From assembly GCF_006345805.1 (NCBI RefSeq), contig NC_042997.1, forward strand, positions 146,940,001-147,004,000: a stretch of 64,000 nucleotides of DNA, given 5' to 3'. The position numbers and the translations under genes were made by a program. This DNA comes from Octopus sinensis (taxonomy: Eukaryota). Of this stretch, positions 61,396-64,000 are shown in pieces; position 1 is the stretch's first letter; each line of letters opens with the position of its first letter. The notes under the pieces are model-generated. The model was not told the origin of the DNA. It ran no database searches and saw nothing but the letters and a program-made list of their open reading frames with translations.

Positions 61396-61529
61396 ATCCG
61401 TTCTGCTATTTAAGAAATTTTGGGGGAGGGGACCAGTCGATTACATCGACCCCAGTCGACCCCGGTGAAATTTGAACTCAGAACAAGAAGACACAAAATG
61501 CCGCCAAGAATTTTGCTAGCTCACCGCCT

Positions 61530-61591
<62 letters not shown>

Positions 61592-61627
61592 TTACTACTA
61601 CTACTACTACTAATAATAATAACAATA

Positions 61628-61952
61628 ATTGTAGGTGCCCCAGGTATGATAAAAAAGGGACGTCAGAAGTATCTAGATAAGATCCCAGGAGAACCATTTC
61701 TCAGAGAAATCCAAAAGATTGTGCTGACAAGTGCTGCCCACATCCTTAGAAAAACCTATCCATTTAAATGTCTGTGTTATATTAGATGAGGATATTTCGT
61801 TACTGCCTCTGCCACTTCCCCTCCCCAAGCTTTCAGTCTGTGTTGTATTAGATGAAGAATGTCGCTACTTCCTCTCCCAAAGCTTTCAATCATAATGTAA
61901 CGTCTCTTATCCTTCATTCGCAAATGACTGTGACAAACATGCAAATCAAAAG
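61628..61952 (+). mobile_element. R4/Dong-like 3' end fragment flanked by (TAA)n on both sides
   Basis: IVGAPGMIKKGRQKYLDKIPGEPFLREIQKIVLTSAAHILRKT plus 3' UTR. Confidence 0.78.
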
Positions 61953-62280
<328 letters not shown>

Positions 62281-62489
62281 CTTTTCAACTATAGGCACAA
62301 GGCCTGAAATTTTAGGGGAGGGAGGGGACTAGTCGATTACATCGACACCAGTGTTTCATTGGTGCTTAATTTATCGACACTGAAAAGAATTTGAACCCAG
62401 AACGTAGCGCCAGATGGAATACCGCTAAGCATTTCGCCCGGCGTGCTAATAATAATAATAACAACAACAACAATAAAAATTAAAATAAA

Positions 62490-63702
62490 TGGTGAGGAAG
62501 CTAATGGTCCGAATCTAGGGAAGGCTGTAAATACTTGGGCTGTATCCTTACTTAGATAATCAGCAGCTTTTGTAGATTGGACAAAAACTGAATTAGCAAG
62601 GCTAGACAGAAGAACTAGGAAGGAATTCAATATGAATGGGGTACTCCACCCAAGGGCAGATGTAGCAAAATGATACCTGCCTAGAAAGGAAGGCGGAAGA
62701 GAGTTAATATCAGTAGAAGACTGTGTGGAGTTAGCTAGAGTAGATATAGACTCCTATGTAGTCTATAGTGAAGAAAGTTTATTAAAAGCTGCTAGAGTCA
62801 CAGCAAGACACAGGGAAACCAAAAATCCAAATGAAGTTAAAAACCAGAAAAAAAGAATAGAAATTATCTGACTGACAGGAGAAGGCGTTGCATGGTAGAT
62901 TTCTAAAGATAGTTGCAGCAAATAGTAGTAGTGAGACATAGTTATGGTTGCAGAAAGGAAAGCTAAAGAGGGAGACAGAAAGTTTGTTAGTAGCTGCACA
63001 AGATCAAGCATTGAGGACTAATTGAATAAAAGCCAAGATAGACAAAAACCAAATAGATTCCCAATGTAGATTATGTAAATCAAAAGTGGAAAAGACATGA
63101 CAATCTAGGGAGAGCAATCCACTGGGTGCTATGAAGAAAGCTAGGAGTTGAACATACTGATAAATGGTATGAATACAAACCTAGTGAAGTATTAGAAAGT
63201 AATACCTTAACATTCAGACTGACAGAGTAATAGAAGCTAGAAGGTTTGGTAGTAATAGATAAAGAGAATAGAAAGTGCCAGATAATTGACTTTACAGTCA
63301 CAAATGATGAAAAAATTATTATGCGAGGTATAGAAAAAATAGTCCCAAATGATGAAACAATTAATATGAGAGGTATAGAAAAAATAGCAAAGTACCAGGA
63401 CCTAACTATTGAATTACAGAGACTATGGAAAGTGCGGGTATCCCAGTAGTTATAGGTGCATTGGGAACTATCCTTAAAGATCTGAACAGATGGGTAGAGG
63501 AAATAGGCATAGACCCCAGTTTAGTGCAGTTCCAGAAAACAGTGTCATTAGGGATAGCTAGGATACTTAGAAGGGTTCTTGGCATCTAAGGTTACTTGCT
63601 GTAACCCAATAGGATGGTTCTTGACATCTGAGGCTACTTTTTGTAGCCCGATGTTAGGATTCTTTTCTTTTCCAACAGCCTAATCTGTTGAGTGTATATG
63701 AA
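62490..63702 (+). mobile_element. 5'-truncated R4/Dong-like retrotransposon (RT tail, CCHC knuckle, RLE nuclease region)
   Basis: AVNTWAVSLLR*...LDRRTRKEFNMNGVLHPRADV..YLPRKEGGRELISVED...LKRETESLLVAAQDQALRTN*IKAKID...CRLCK...KYQDLTIELQRLW...ILRRVLGI*. Confidence 0.88.
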
Positions 63703-63755
<53 letters not shown>

Positions 63756-63917
63756 AACTACTACTACTACTACTACCACCACCGCCACCACCACCTCCAC
63801 CTCCACCATCAATACTACTACTACTACTACTACTACTACTACATCTACTACCACCACCATCACTACTACTACTACTACTATTACTACCACCGCTACCACT
63901 ACCTTCACCTCCACTAT

Positions 63918-63966
<49 letters not shown>

Positions 63967-64000
63967 GCTACCACTACCTTCACCTCCACTATCACTACTA
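63703..64000. repeat. (CTA)n/(CCA)n compound microsatellite with a duplicated unit (accaccgctaccactaccttcacctccactatcact)
   Basis: Direct reading; runs off the window end. Confidence 0.9.

Overview
Eukaryotic, AT-rich, repeat-dense DNA. The interspersed repeat families look like those of Octopus (coleoid cephalopod); this is an inference from pattern recognition, not a database result. Positions 1-29,245 hold one spliced protein-coding gene on the minus strand, PWP1 (periodic tryptophan protein 1 homolog, WD40 ribosome-biogenesis factor). I traced 14 coding exons with canonical GT-AG sites and consistent phases (1,420 nt, 473 codons plus 1 nt); the final exon was not located. From 29.3 to 64 kb I found no convincing host exons. 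That region is a mosaic of tRNA-headed SINEs, LINE relics (RTE, CR1-like, R4/Dong-like), Helitrons (one with a helicase fragment), Tc1/mariner and hAT relics, MITEs and long microsatellites. There is no CRISPR array or prokaryotic system, and nothing I can call a proven new system. The two best leads: (1) a 530-bp foldback in the last PWP1 intron carrying a minimal type I hammerhead-ribozyme-like motif on the transcribed strand; (2) a SINE subfamily that repeatedly stacks about 183-bp units at one fixed internal GGYAYTT site of older copies. PWP1 introns also hold four long inverted-repeat structures that could form dsRNA. Exon coordinates were counted base by base; repeat boundaries are approximate (about 10-30 nt) unless a target-site duplication (TSD) is quoted.
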